This document shows positions 44,485 to 52,949 of a DNA stretch of 64,000 nt, in pieces (position 1 is the stretch's first letter; every line of letters begins with the position of its first letter). Below the pieces are notes generated by a model. It saw nothing but the letters and a program-made list of their open reading frames with translations, had not been told where the DNA came from and ran no database searches. The DNA is taken from sequence record OP752703.1. One strand, written 5' to 3'. The translations under genes and the position numbers were made by a program.

Positions 44485-44793
44485 TTAGAGCTTGATTTCT
44501 TCGCGCTTGATCTTTCCATCAATCACGGTGTAGGAGTACAGAGTGCCATCTTCCTTACGGGCAATGCACATATCCATATCATACATGTACGTAGCTGATG
44601 GGTCAATAGCTTGCTTGATACCACGACACTTGGAAACTGTCATAGGCTGTTTCGATTCGTAGCGGGTTGCTAGGTAAATCGGTACAGCAAAGATGGCTAC
44701 ACCAGTAGCCGCAGCTAGGATGACGCCAGCGGGCATCTTAATAGGTTCCCATACCGCGTTGAATGCGTCTTTAATCGGGGTTCTTGATGCCAT
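44485..44793 (-). CDS. membrane-anchored hypothetical protein
   Basis: start re-assigned to MASRTP. Confidence 0.65.
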   Translation of the reverse strand: MASRTPIKDAFNAVWEPIKMPAGVILAAATGVAIFAVPIYLATRYESKQPMTVSKCRGIKQAIDPSATYMYDMDMCIARKEDGTLYSYTVIDGKIKREEIKL

Positions 44794-45178
44794 GAGGCAT
44801 ATACCTTTCAAATTTGGAATCGTAAAGATAACACTTCTTGTTGTTCTTGTCAAATTCAAACTTGGTAGCCTGAATCTTGGCAGCGAACTCACACGATTCA
44901 TAATCGCGCTTAGTTGCGTATTTGTCACCGAAGCTGACAGCACCTACCACAGCAAGAGGAATACCTAGAACGACAATATAAGGAATGCAATTTACAAACC
45001 CTTTCTTGAAGTTGTGCCAACTACGACGCAGCGGAGCCATCTTATAGACGTTTAGTTCGTCCTTGACTTCTTTAAGCTCTGCTTTAAGAGCCTTGTTCTG
45101 TTCGCGCAATTCGTAGTTGGTTAGTGCGGAGTCATACGGACGAACGGGACCGCCGCCACCAAAGTCATCTGCCATCAT
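44771..45178 (-). CDS. membrane-anchored hypothetical protein
   Basis: coiled coil + TM + Cys pair. Confidence 0.7.
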   Translation of the reverse strand: MMADDFGGGGPVRPYDSALTNYELREQNKALKAELKEVKDELNVYKMAPLRRSWHNFKKGFVNCIPYIVVLGIPLAVVGAVSFGDKYATKRDYESCEFAAKIQATKFEFDKNNKKCYLYDSKFERYMPHGIKNPD

Positions 45179-45327
45179 GGGAGGTCTTCCATTAGTTCGG
45201 AACGTGAAGGGATATAAGGCTTTTCAGCCTCGCGTGGGATATAGACTAGCGCCACATCGCGCTCTACGTCAATATCTTCCTGAGAATCTTCGACAATATC
45301 GATAGCCAACTGCTTAATGCGGGACAT
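45175..45327 (-). CDS. small hypothetical protein
   Basis: MSRIKQLAID after GAG RBS. Confidence 0.55.
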   Translation of the reverse strand: MSRIKQLAIDIVEDSQEDIDVERDVALVYIPREAEKPYIPSRSELMEDLP

Positions 45328-45350
45328 GATTATTACTCTAAGATTTGAAT

Positions 45351-45427
45351 TGGAAGGGGTAGAAGGATTCGAACCTTCGCATGGTAGGATCAAAACCTAC
45401 TGCCTTAAACCGCTTGGCTATACCCCT
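45351..45427 (-). tRNA. tRNA-Gln(TTG)
   Basis: cloverleaf, CCA. Confidence 0.92.
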
Positions 45428-45453
45428 GAATGAAGTTGTATTATACAGGCTAT

Positions 45454-45585
45454 TTAGTGGATTGTAAAGCCCAATGTCATCATGAATGTGCCAATTGCTA
45501 CGAACACAAACTGCATGACAGTCTCTTGCTTAGAGCCGCATGGTATCACATGAGCGACACCAGCAGCAATAGACAGAGCGATCAT
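45454..45585 (-). CDS. small membrane protein
   Basis: hydrophobic ORF, start uncertain. Confidence 0.5.
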   Translation of the reverse strand: MIALSIAAGVAHVIPCGSKQETVMQFVFVAIGTFMMTLGFTIH

Positions 45586-45589
45586 TACA

Positions 45590-45778
45590 TCAGCTATAAT
45601 TAGCAGCACGTTCAGGTTTCCCGAATAGCGCCCACCATAGGGCAATGAACCAACCCACACCAGTCCAACCGGCCAGCATTGTTAGAATGAAGATCGCAGG
45701 ACTGTTCTTGCAATCACGTACAACTGCAATGATGACGGGTAGGAAGTAAAGGAAGGTGAATGTTAGAAAAGTGAGCAT
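45590..45778 (-). CDS. imm: superinfection immunity protein (T4 Imm family)
   Basis: LYFLPVIIA..R....AIF..T..AGWT.VGW..AL.WA. Confidence 0.85.
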   Translation of the reverse strand: MLTFLTFTFLYFLPVIIAVVRDCKNSPAIFILTMLAGWTGVGWFIALWWALFGKPERAANYS

Positions 45779-45925
45779 TGTTATCGAATATAAATCATAA
45801 AAGCTAGACCCGCTATAATAAGCGCTATAGTGGTTAACTCTTTTTTCAAGTTAACACGGGTGAAATTCCATGTCAATAGTCCCATTATAAAAAGGTAAAT
45901 GAACAAAGTTAATAGAATAACCATG

Positions 45926-46075
45926 TTAGAACCTATTGATGATGTATACAATTGTACCAATGATAAGCACAGGAGTCAATAGCAATACACTTACTTTAAT
46001 TCGAGGGAATACAGTGACTAAACCGACTATGATCCAGAATGCTGCAAATAGAATAAAGCCAAAGACGACGCCCAT
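45926..46075 (-). CDS. small membrane protein
   Basis: start re-assigned to MGVVFG. Confidence 0.6.
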   Translation of the reverse strand: MGVVFGFILFAAFWIIVGLVTVFPRIKVSVLLLTPVLIIGTIVYIINRF

Positions 46076-46092
46076 ATGTTTACCTTTAAATG

Positions 46093-46168
46093 TGGTGGGT
46101 CCAGCAGGACTCGAACCTGCAACCAAGGGATTATGAGTCCCACGCTCTAACCATTGAGCTATAGACCC
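46093..46168 (-). tRNA. tRNA(CAT), elongator Met or lysidine-type Ile2
   Basis: loop CTCATAA, G1-C72, CCA. Confidence 0.85.
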
Positions 46169-46260
46169 AAATTCGTGCTGGGGCAGTCCCGACCTCACAT
46201 CCCAGCAGTTTCGACTTAGTGATATCGTATCATCATCTATCGAAGCTTACCACTTCTTTT

Positions 46261-46515
46261 TTAACGAACGTCTAGAAGTGCGCGACGCTGTTCATCAGTT
46301 TCTACCCAAATGGACACGTCAACGCGGACGGTATCGTTTAGGTAGGTGTATAGTACATCAAAAACAGGGAATGTCCAGCTTAGATGGCCGAAACGATCAC
46401 CCTTGTTGGGGACCGGTACAGCACCGGGGAATGAACGCGAATACACAGCATGTGTGTTTAGACGACGCTTCGTCTCCTTATCATAAGCAAAAACGTTAAT
46501 TGAAGTGGTTAGCAT
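46261..46515 (-). CDS. hypothetical protein
   Basis: ORF track, AAGGA RBS. Confidence 0.65.
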   Translation of the reverse strand: MLTTSINVFAYDKETKRRLNTHAVYSRSFPGAVPVPNKGDRFGHLSWTFPVFDVLYTYLNDTVRVDVSIWVETDEQRRALLDVR

Positions 46516-46576
46516 AGTGTTTCCTTTTAGAGTTCTATTGTACTCTATCTAGAAACACTATGCAAGGGCGAGCCGA

Positions 46577-46843
46577 TTAATACTTTACGCAGTTATCGTA
46601 CAGTTCGCCGTTGTTGGCTACTACCACGTACCCATAAGGGGTGGTGTACTTAATTATACCACGGATCAAAACGGTATTGCAAGAAAACATTTGAGAGGGG
46701 GAGTAGTTAGGACGCACTTCCCAATGGGTGGGATACTGCGGAGCATAGGTGCGAGGATAGCCATAGACAGGCTGGTAGTACGGCACTGAGATACAGGCCG
46801 ATAGGGAAAGGGCTGTGAGAATTGCTAGAATGATGTTCTTCAT
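46577..46843 (-). CDS. putative lipoprotein
   Basis: LSA-C lipobox. Confidence 0.75.
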   Translation of the reverse strand: MKNIILAILTALSLSACISVPYYQPVYGYPRTYAPQYPTHWEVRPNYSPSQMFSCNTVLIRGIIKYTTPYGYVVVANNGELYDNCVKY

Positions 46844-47172
46844 TCGTCTTCCTTCAATTCATCTAGGAGATTCTTGACTTGGTGCATATCCATGGGTGTG
46901 AGAACCTGCAAATGCCAGCTATGGCCGGAATCATCAACTACCATGATAGAACCGCTCTGAGTCACGGCATAGGCGTCAACCTGAATGCTGCCCCAGCGAC
47001 TGGCGTTAATATCTACGTGCGGTAGATCATTCTTACAGAACCAGCCTGACGGGCGACGAGCGATCATACTTTCGTCAACGAGACTGACGGATTCCACAAA
47101 GTGTTCATTTTCCAGAAGCACATGATGGGTGGACAGCAGCTTGTATAGGGTTTCTAGGTGTTTGATTGACAT
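46840..47172 (-). CDS. hypothetical protein
   Basis: coupled ORF. Confidence 0.65.
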   Translation of the reverse strand: MSIKHLETLYKLLSTHHVLLENEHFVESVSLVDESMIARRPSGWFCKNDLPHVDINASRWGSIQVDAYAVTQSGSIMVVDDSGHSWHLQVLTPMDMHQVKNLLDELKEDE

Positions 47173-47459
47173 TAGTAATACCAGATGTATTTGCCGGGGT
47201 TTTGGGTGTAGGACTTGTCTCTGTGTCGGGAAGCGTCAGCCATCGGGCTATCCCAACCCAACTTGTCCAGAGTGCGAAGCATATCGCGGAATGCGCTACC
47301 AATCAACCTCTTACAGACACGCAATTCAACCAGCGGGAGGTTAGTCTTGCGGTTATAGACACGACAGCCATAGAGGCCCTTGCCTAGGTAAGTTACTTTG
47401 GTATAAAGAATGTCGGGGTTCATGGGGCCTATAATAAAGAAAGGGCTGACCGAAGTCAA
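47172..47459 (-). CDS. hypothetical protein
   Basis: YGCRV...FRDMLRTLDKLG. Confidence 0.65.
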   Translation of the reverse strand: MTSVSPFFIIGPMNPDILYTKVTYLGKGLYGCRVYNRKTNLPLVELRVCKRLIGSAFRDMLRTLDKLGWDSPMADASRHRDKSYTQNPGKYIWYY

Positions 47460-47581
47460 CCCTTTTTCTTGTATCCACTATGGGAATCGTATACTTCTTT
47501 GGAGACTTCTCTCCAGATTAAACAGTCATCCCATGTGGCTTCTGTAGCAATATAGTATTTCATATATTTTACCACTTTGTT

Positions 47582-47657
47582 TGGCGGGCAAGGTAGGAGT
47601 CGAACCCACAACCAACGGATTTGGAATCCGCTACTCTGCCAATTGAGCTACATGCCC
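47582..47657 (-). tRNA. tRNA-Trp(CCA)
   Basis: cloverleaf, G73, CCA. Confidence 0.92.
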
Positions 47658-47664
47658 TTAAATT

Positions 47665-47997
47665 TTACTCTTCTACTTCGCTACTGTCACGTGTATTAGT
47701 CTGGATGTGAATGTCTACATCCTTATCTACCGAAAGTATATTGGCTAACATGATAGCGGTGATAATCAGAACATCAAGCCATGATCCTGCTACAGCAGAA
47801 ACAATGAGTGCGATAAGAAGTAGAGCCATCACTGCATATAGAAAGCGGTTATTGCTAAAAGTATAATCAGATCGACTAACTACGTCAACACATAGAGTGT
47901 GGACCTTCTCACCATTAAGAGACAGATTATCCTCGGATACATCAATATCAATTTCAGTGGTGTCTTCTACGTAAAGCTTCTTTAATAGATTCTTCAT
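47665..47997 (-). CDS. membrane protein
   Basis: two TM segments. Confidence 0.7.
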   Translation of the reverse strand: MKNLLKKLYVEDTTEIDIDVSEDNLSLNGEKVHTLCVDVVSRSDYTFSNNRFLYAVMALLLIALIVSAVAGSWLDVLIITAIMLANILSVDKDVDIHIQTNTRDSSEVEE

Positions 47998-48017
47998 TTG
48001 GTTTTCCCTTAATTAGA

Positions 48018-48151
48018 AGCCTGTGACAGGACTCGAACCTGCGACCTTTCCTAACAACATCCAGCGATCAACCCGAATGTTAACAACGCGACGTGTACTT
48101 AGCCCGTGTTATAAAGTTTATGGAGCGCTCTCCCAACTGAGCTACATAGGC
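48018..48151 (-). ncRNA. tRNA-like RNA with ~65-70 nt replacing the anticodon loop
   Basis: canonical D arm, T arm and acceptor stem; no encoded CCA. Confidence 0.7.
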
Positions 48152-48256
48152 ATGAATTTTGTTGAGGGGACATTCCTCAGCCAGAGAATTCGGTCACTGA
48201 CTGTATCTTCACGTCCTTTATTGGTTATCCAGATTTAACTGACCTCCCCGAATAAT

Positions 48257-48330
48257 TGTATGACGGAAGGAATCGAACCTTCACCCTCAGCGCTAACTGA
48301 GTTTACCAGAAGCCTTTCAGCCTATCATAC
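48257..48330 (-). ncRNA. degenerate tRNA-like RNA (6-nt anticodon loop)
   Basis: GTATGAT/GTCATAC acceptor, CTCAG-TTAGCG-CTGAG, canonical T arm. Confidence 0.55.
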
Positions 48331-48338
48331 CACGTGTT

Positions 48339-48414
48339 TGGTGCCGGTTGAGGGATTCGAACCCCCGACCTACTGCTTACAAGGCAGTTGCTCTACCAAC
48401 TGAGCTAAACCGGC
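48339..48414 (-). tRNA. tRNA-Thr(TGT)
   Basis: cloverleaf, CCA. Confidence 0.93.
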
Positions 48415-48420
48415 GAAACT

Positions 48421-48663
48421 TTACTTAACGAATTCGATGATGAACGCTTCGTCACCACCAACAACACCTATTTTATCATCACTGAACACATTGTCAACTC
48501 TATCGATATTGAAAATGGTCAACTTGTTGAAATGATAGGCTTCAATACTGAGAATGCCATCTTCATCGAAATATGCGCGATCTACCTTATAGACTGCATC
48601 AATATAGATTACAGTCCCATCCTCGACGCGATCAATCTTTCGCAGTAGACTATTAAGCTCCAT
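48421..48663 (-). CDS. hypothetical protein
   Basis: ORF track. Confidence 0.65.
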   Translation of the reverse strand: MELNSLLRKIDRVEDGTVIYIDAVYKVDRAYFDEDGILSIEAYHFNKLTIFNIDRVDNVFSDDKIGVVGGDEAFIIEFVK

Positions 48664-48952
48664 TGTTTGCTCCGTTAACCATCAGATCAAACTTGGTAAC
48701 ACGCTGGAAGATTTCCACTTCGATTGCAGAGCCAAGGTGGTCCTGACAATGAATCAGGCCATTTTCATCGACACTGACAATCTCTTCAATCCAGACGTTA
48801 CCTACATTACCTTCATCGTCGGTATACTTTACATCAATACCATCATTCTCTTCCGGGTTGTCATCATAGAGAGTAACATCGTAGGGGAAGTTACCATCAA
48901 CACGGTGGACGTTATTCTGCATCAGTTCAGCGAGACGTTCAAGAGTGAGCAT
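48653..48952 (-). CDS. acidic hypothetical protein
   Basis: ORF track. Confidence 0.7.
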   Translation of the reverse strand: MLTLERLAELMQNNVHRVDGNFPYDVTLYDDNPEENDGIDVKYTDDEGNVGNVWIEEIVSVDENGLIHCQDHLGSAIEVEIFQRVTKFDLMVNGANNGA

Positions 48953-49030
48953 TACGATTTCCAGTTGGAGTTAAGTTATAGGGCCATCATAGCACGTCGT
49001 TTATTGACTGACAACCCTAGGGTTTAAATT

Positions 49031-49105
49031 TGGCGGTGTGTACGGGAATCGAACCCGTGCCTCCGGCGTGACAGGCCAGAATTCTAACCGTTAAACTAAC
49101 GCACC
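49031..49105 (-). tRNA. tRNA-Asp(GTC)
   Basis: cloverleaf, G73, CCA. Confidence 0.92.
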
Positions 49106-49291
49106 GTATTTTTATCTGTCGCTTAGTTCGCCGCGCTTAACTCTGCGCGCATCATCCCAGCGATCATAGAAATCAAGTCCTACAAATAACGCTACAATAC
49201 CTAAAACAATAAGAGCGCTTGGTACATGAATATACATGACTTTATTTCCTTTTTCAACCCCGCACTTTACAAGTGGCGGATCACTTAGAAT

Positions 49292-49368
49292 TGGTCCGGA
49301 CGGCAGGACTCGAACCTGCGACCCTCTGCTCCCAAAGCAGATGCGCTACCAGACTGCGCTACACCCGG
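49292..49368 (-). tRNA. tRNA-Pro(TGG) copy 1
   Basis: cloverleaf, C1-G72, A73, CCA. Confidence 0.93.
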
Positions 49369-49387
49369 ATAATGTGAATGACCTGAG

Positions 49388-49461
49388 TCAGGACGGCTGG
49401 ATTCGAACCAGCGGCTTCTTCCGTCCAAGGGAAGCACTCTACCAGACTGAGCTACACCCTG
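49388..49461 (-). tRNA. tRNA-Pro(TGG) copy 2, no CCA, acceptor stem extended by flanking inverted repeat
   Basis: loop CTTGGAC; TGACCTGAGTCAGG...CCTGACTCAGGTCA. Confidence 0.8.
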
Positions 49462-49493
49462 ACTCAGGTCACTCTTAAAACTTAGACTACTAT

Positions 49494-49733
49494 TTAGTAG
49501 CGGTAATTCTTGCTGTAATATTTCTGTGCATTAGACAGACTTAGCAGTCCAGTTCCAACAAAGAATACAAGCAATCCCCACAATTTGTTCTGCCACAGTA
49601 GGCTTAGGAAACCTACGGGAAGAAATATACCAAAAACGATGATGGAATGCAACACATCCATTACGAAAGTGAACTTCTTTCCTTGTTCACTATACAGCCA
49701 TTTTTCAATGGCCTTGATTGATTTAACGATCAT
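49494..49733 (-). CDS. small membrane protein
   Basis: two TM segments. Confidence 0.6.
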   Translation of the reverse strand: MIVKSIKAIEKWLYSEQGKKFTFVMDVLHSIIVFGIFLPVGFLSLLWQNKLWGLLVFFVGTGLLSLSNAQKYYSKNYRY

Positions 49734-49996
49734 CAGATTCCCATTAGATCGACAGGTTGAGGGGTCATACACCAGACACGTAGTTTAAACTGTTTGCCTG
49801 CAACTTGCAAGAGGACTAGCTGCTTGTTGCTGGTGATAATCGAATCAGCATTAAGGTGAATCCACTCAGCCGCATCAGAAGGAGTATACCTGATCGAATA
49901 TCCATTCTCAATATTAGCAATAGTAACATAGAACACGTCAGGGGACAACCCGATCAGTGACTTGTTCAAATCTTTAATGTGAGAGAAAGAGTTCAT
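49733..49996 (-). CDS. hypothetical protein
   Basis: coupled ORF. Confidence 0.65.
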   Translation of the reverse strand: MNSFSHIKDLNKSLIGLSPDVFYVTIANIENGYSIRYTPSDAAEWIHLNADSIITSNKQLVLLQVAGKQFKLRVWCMTPQPVDLMGI

Positions 49997-50259
49997 GACA
50001 GGGCTTCAATACCGATTTGGGTCATCTGAACACGATGGAAAGTTAATGTGAACTTCGTTCCAGCGGCATTACGCATAACAATCGCTTTCTGATCGACCTG
50101 CACCACTTCCCACGTATACATCCCGAGGAAACAGAGTGCTTCATTGCTGTTCATATCGGCAGAATTGCCACTTGTCTGTGTATAGACTCGCACAATATCA
50201 CCGCAAGCAAGGCGGGCAATTACGTTCTTAACATCACTTACGGTAGGCAGCAGACTCAT
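49993..50259 (-). CDS. hypothetical protein
   Basis: coupled ORF. Confidence 0.65.
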   Translation of the reverse strand: MSLLPTVSDVKNVIARLACGDIVRVYTQTSGNSADMNSNEALCFLGMYTWEVVQVDQKAIVMRNAAGTKFTLTFHRVQMTQIGIEALS

Positions 50260-50453
50260 GGAGTTAATTCCTGTTCGTTAGAGGGGCCAGTGTATTCTGG
50301 TTCATCTTCAATGTCAATCCCTGACTGTAGAGCTTTCTGTACTTCCTTATTTCGCTCTTCGACTCGCTTCATGAAACGTGCAACAAAGGGATCAACGGAC
50401 TTCAAATGCGTAACCTTCCTGAGTAGTATAATAGATTTCACGAACTCCTGCAA
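50256..50453 (-). CDS. hypothetical protein
   Basis: ORF track. Confidence 0.5.
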   Translation of the reverse strand: MQEFVKSIILLRKVTHLKSVDPFVARFMKRVEERNKEVQKALQSGIDIEDEPEYTGPSNEQELTP

Positions 50454-50799
50454 GCTTTAGTGCAGCGGTACAGCTAACACAGGGCTTACAGTTGGCAATG
50501 ACGCCATGCTTGTCTTCACGATAGATGTAAATCTCAGCGTTGCTCAGATCAATCTTACCAGAGTTAATGAGAGCGCTTACCTCAGCATGTAGCTTGGCAT
50601 TAGGGCAATGGTAGTTGTTCTGCTGGTCGAGCCGAGCCTGTAGCGGATGCGTCTTGGCCTTATTAAAGCCGCGACTCACTACGTAGTTCCCAAGCACAAT
50701 TACAGCACCGATATGGGCCTTGGCATGGGTGGACTTCTTGGCTTCGCGCTTGGCTTGCTTGAACCAGCGCATTTCACGGGTAGTGGGAATATAAGACAT
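50392..50799 (-). CDS. zinc-dependent cytidine/dCMP-deaminase-fold protein
   Basis: LHAEVSAL and KPCVSC. Confidence 0.85.
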   Translation of the reverse strand: MSYIPTTREMRWFKQAKREAKKSTHAKAHIGAVIVLGNYVVSRGFNKAKTHPLQARLDQQNNYHCPNAKLHAEVSALINSGKIDLSNAEIYIYREDKHGVIANCKPCVSCTAALKLAGVREIYYTTQEGYAFEVR

Positions 50800-51476
50800 T
50801 ACTTCACAGCTTGGTTAGTGGGGTTACCGAGGTCAGAGACTCGGGAAGAGTCAGCAGTACCACCGGCAGACCAAGTATACACCTGTCCGTGCTTGTCCTG
50901 CAAGAAGAATTTAACTTCTGCATCATAGACACGGCCATTCACAGTTGCACGCCAAGTCTTAGGCGGAGCATATGCGGCTCTCACATCTTGCACCATCATA
51001 AAGAGCGTCATAACCCCTACAATGAGGTAGCACACACCAGTAGATAGGAAACCTGCTGGGGTAGCACCAAAGACGCGGAGAGGCATCCATGCAAAGACGA
51101 TACCGCCAATGGCGAAGAAGAAGAGGTAACCGAACCAGAATTTAATACCAAGTGAACGGTGATTCTTGCCGTAGTCTTCCCAATTCGACAGAACGGAGTA
51201 GGGAACGTCACACTTACTGTTAGAGTTATCACGCGACTGGTGGAAGCTCTTGTTATCGCCTTCAATGTACCAACAACTGGTAGTGTTAAAGCGATTCTGG
51301 TCACGTGCCTCAACCCAATGTACGTTGTAAGTACTAGGGGAGTTCATCCATAGCTTGTTGTTAGCAGCGGATGCGTAATCTTTGAGCATTCCTCCGAAGA
51401 CAATAATGACTGCGATAAAGAAGATCGCGGACAGAATGTTAAGGAAGGTATTGATTAGTCGAGTGATGATATCCAT
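50799..51476 (-). CDS. membrane protein
   Basis: three TM segments. Confidence 0.7.
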   Translation of the reverse strand: MDIITRLINTFLNILSAIFFIAVIIVFGGMLKDYASAANNKLWMNSPSTYNVHWVEARDQNRFNTTSCWYIEGDNKSFHQSRDNSNSKCDVPYSVLSNWEDYGKNHRSLGIKFWFGYLFFFAIGGIVFAWMPLRVFGATPAGFLSTGVCYLIVGVMTLFMMVQDVRAAYAPPKTWRATVNGRVYDAEVKFFLQDKHGQVYTWSAGGTADSSRVSDLGNPTNQAVK

Positions 51477-51615
51477 AGGGATACTCTAGCAGAGTTGAAG
51501 GGAAAAGAAAAGGGGCCATAAGGCCCCTTTCTAGGATGATGGTAGGTTTCAGTTCAGAAAGAGTATTAACCTACGAAAGCCTCTTCCCTAGTTCAGCGAA
51601 CTGAACATCTGCGTT

Positions 51616-51690
51616 TGGTACACCTAGAGGGTTTCGATCCCTCTTCTGCTGGGTGAAAACCAGCGATCCTAGCCACTAGACGATAGGTGC
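51616..51690 (-). tRNA. tRNA-Glu(TTC)
   Basis: cloverleaf, T loop ATCGAAA, CCA. Confidence 0.88.
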
Positions 51691-51772
51691 ATAATTGTTC
51701 ATGAGTCTACTGTAGGTCATCCATGATGATGATTGTATCCTACTAGTCGGTGGTTTGCAACACCGTCACTAT

Positions 51773-51827
51773 TGGTTGCGAGTCTCTAGAGTACCGACCC
51801 CGCATGAAGGGGAAGGCTGCACTCGCG
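51773..51827 (-). ncRNA. 55-nt armless tRNA-fMet mimic (candidate)
   Basis: CGCGAGT/ACTCGCA-A-CCA, CCCC-TTCATGC-GGGG; no D or T arm. Confidence 0.6.
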
Positions 51828-51846
51828 TTTACATTGCAATGCTAAT

Positions 51847-51920
51847 TGGTTGCGAGGGAGAGAGTCGAACTCTCAATTCAGGGGTATGAACCCCGCGTGA
51901 TGCCATTTCACTACCTCGCG
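51847..51920 (-). tRNA. initiator tRNA-fMet(CAT)
   Basis: C1:A72 mismatch, GGG/CCC anticodon stem, CCA. Confidence 0.88.
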
Positions 51921-51925
51921 TCATT

Positions 51926-52082
51926 TGGTGATACTTAAGAAGTGTCCTGTAAGTCGCATCAATCTTACAGTAAGTCATATTAGGCTGTCAACCCCTTCCC
52001 TCAGTGCTTTTCAGCTCACCCCACATTCCGTTAGGAAGGCACTAAAAATGCAGGTTAATCAATAACTCTTCACTTACTGATC
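51926..52082 (-). ncRNA. ~157-nt structured CCA-ended RNA (candidate)
   Basis: non-coding between tRNAs; several hairpins; ends ATCACCA. Confidence 0.45.
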
Positions 52083-52089
52083 TAAAACA

Positions 52090-52165
52090 TGGTGGGGCAA
52101 GTAGGACTCGAACCTACATCTGCTGCTTTTCAGGCAGCCGCTAAGATCTCATCAGCTATTGCCCC
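52090..52165 (-). tRNA. tRNA-Phe(GAA)
   Basis: cloverleaf, CCA. Confidence 0.9.
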
Positions 52166-52307
52166 TCGTTGAAATGGAGAAACTTTCCCGGCTGCGATCC
52201 CTAGTCTATCAGTTCAGCAGTAGTTCCGAGCAATTCCTGGATGCCCCCAAACAATATTGTACGGATATTGTAAGGTTTCTCATTGGTGCCGTCATTCATT
52301 TCACGTT

Positions 52308-52392
<85 letters not shown>

Positions 52393-52409
52393 GTAAAATT
52401 GTAGTTCTT

Positions 52410-52417
52410 TATTTATA
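52410..52417 (-). promoter_or_regulatory. T4-type late promoter upstream of tRNA-Leu(TAG)
   Basis: exact TATAAATA 17 nt upstream of tRNA 5' end. Confidence 0.6.
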
Positions 52418-52438
52418 CAGTAATTATTCCACTGTCAT

Positions 52439-52759
52439 TTAATTAATGTATTCTCTGATATCAAATCCGCCATAATATCCGTTATGGATATTGTGATTCG
52501 CTACAGTGAACGAACCGCGACTGGTGTTGACGATTAGGAAACACACATCATGGTCGGAATGTGCATGATCTTGACTCTGACCCTTACGCGTTTCCCAATC
52601 AATATACTCGGAACCGACATAATAGTCAAGGTCATCATCACAAGTCATGTATCGCTTTTCACAGCAATAGCTCGCAATGTCTTCAAGTTGAATGATTCTA
52701 CCATCTTCCAAAGATATTGACAATACATTATTTTCAACACTTAGATCAGTAATCTTCAT
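52439..52759 (-). CDS. hypothetical phage protein
   Basis: SYCCEKRY...HNGYYGGF. Confidence 0.7.
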   Translation of the reverse strand: MKITDLSVENNVLSISLEDGRIIQLEDIASYCCEKRYMTCDDDLDYYVGSEYIDWETRKGQSQDHAHSDHDVCFLIVNTSRGSFTVANHNIHNGYYGGFDIREYIN

Positions 52760-52932
52760 GATACTCTCTCAGTTTTGTGTTTAATTTCACCGCAAGTCTT
52801 ACATGCGGCTTTGTAGAAGTATTTGTAACCGTAAGTGTATTGGTCGTCATCACCGCCTACGATACGTACTTCTTTATACATTTGCCAATTTCGATACTGG
52901 TGCAATCCCAGCATACAGAAGAAGCCGTTCAT
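52756..52932 (-). CDS. small Cys/His protein (58 aa)
   Basis: hand-translated MNGFFCMLGLHQY...CKTCGE; AAGGA RBS. Confidence 0.65.
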   Translation of the reverse strand: MNGFFCMLGLHQYRNWQMYKEVRIVGGDDDQYTYGYKYFYKAACKTCGEIKHKTERVS

Positions 52933-52949
52933 GTAGTATCCTTTTAAAA

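Noticed and set aside
48018-48151. Group I intron in a tRNA
   Set aside because: The insert is only about 65-70 nt, far too short for the catalytic core.
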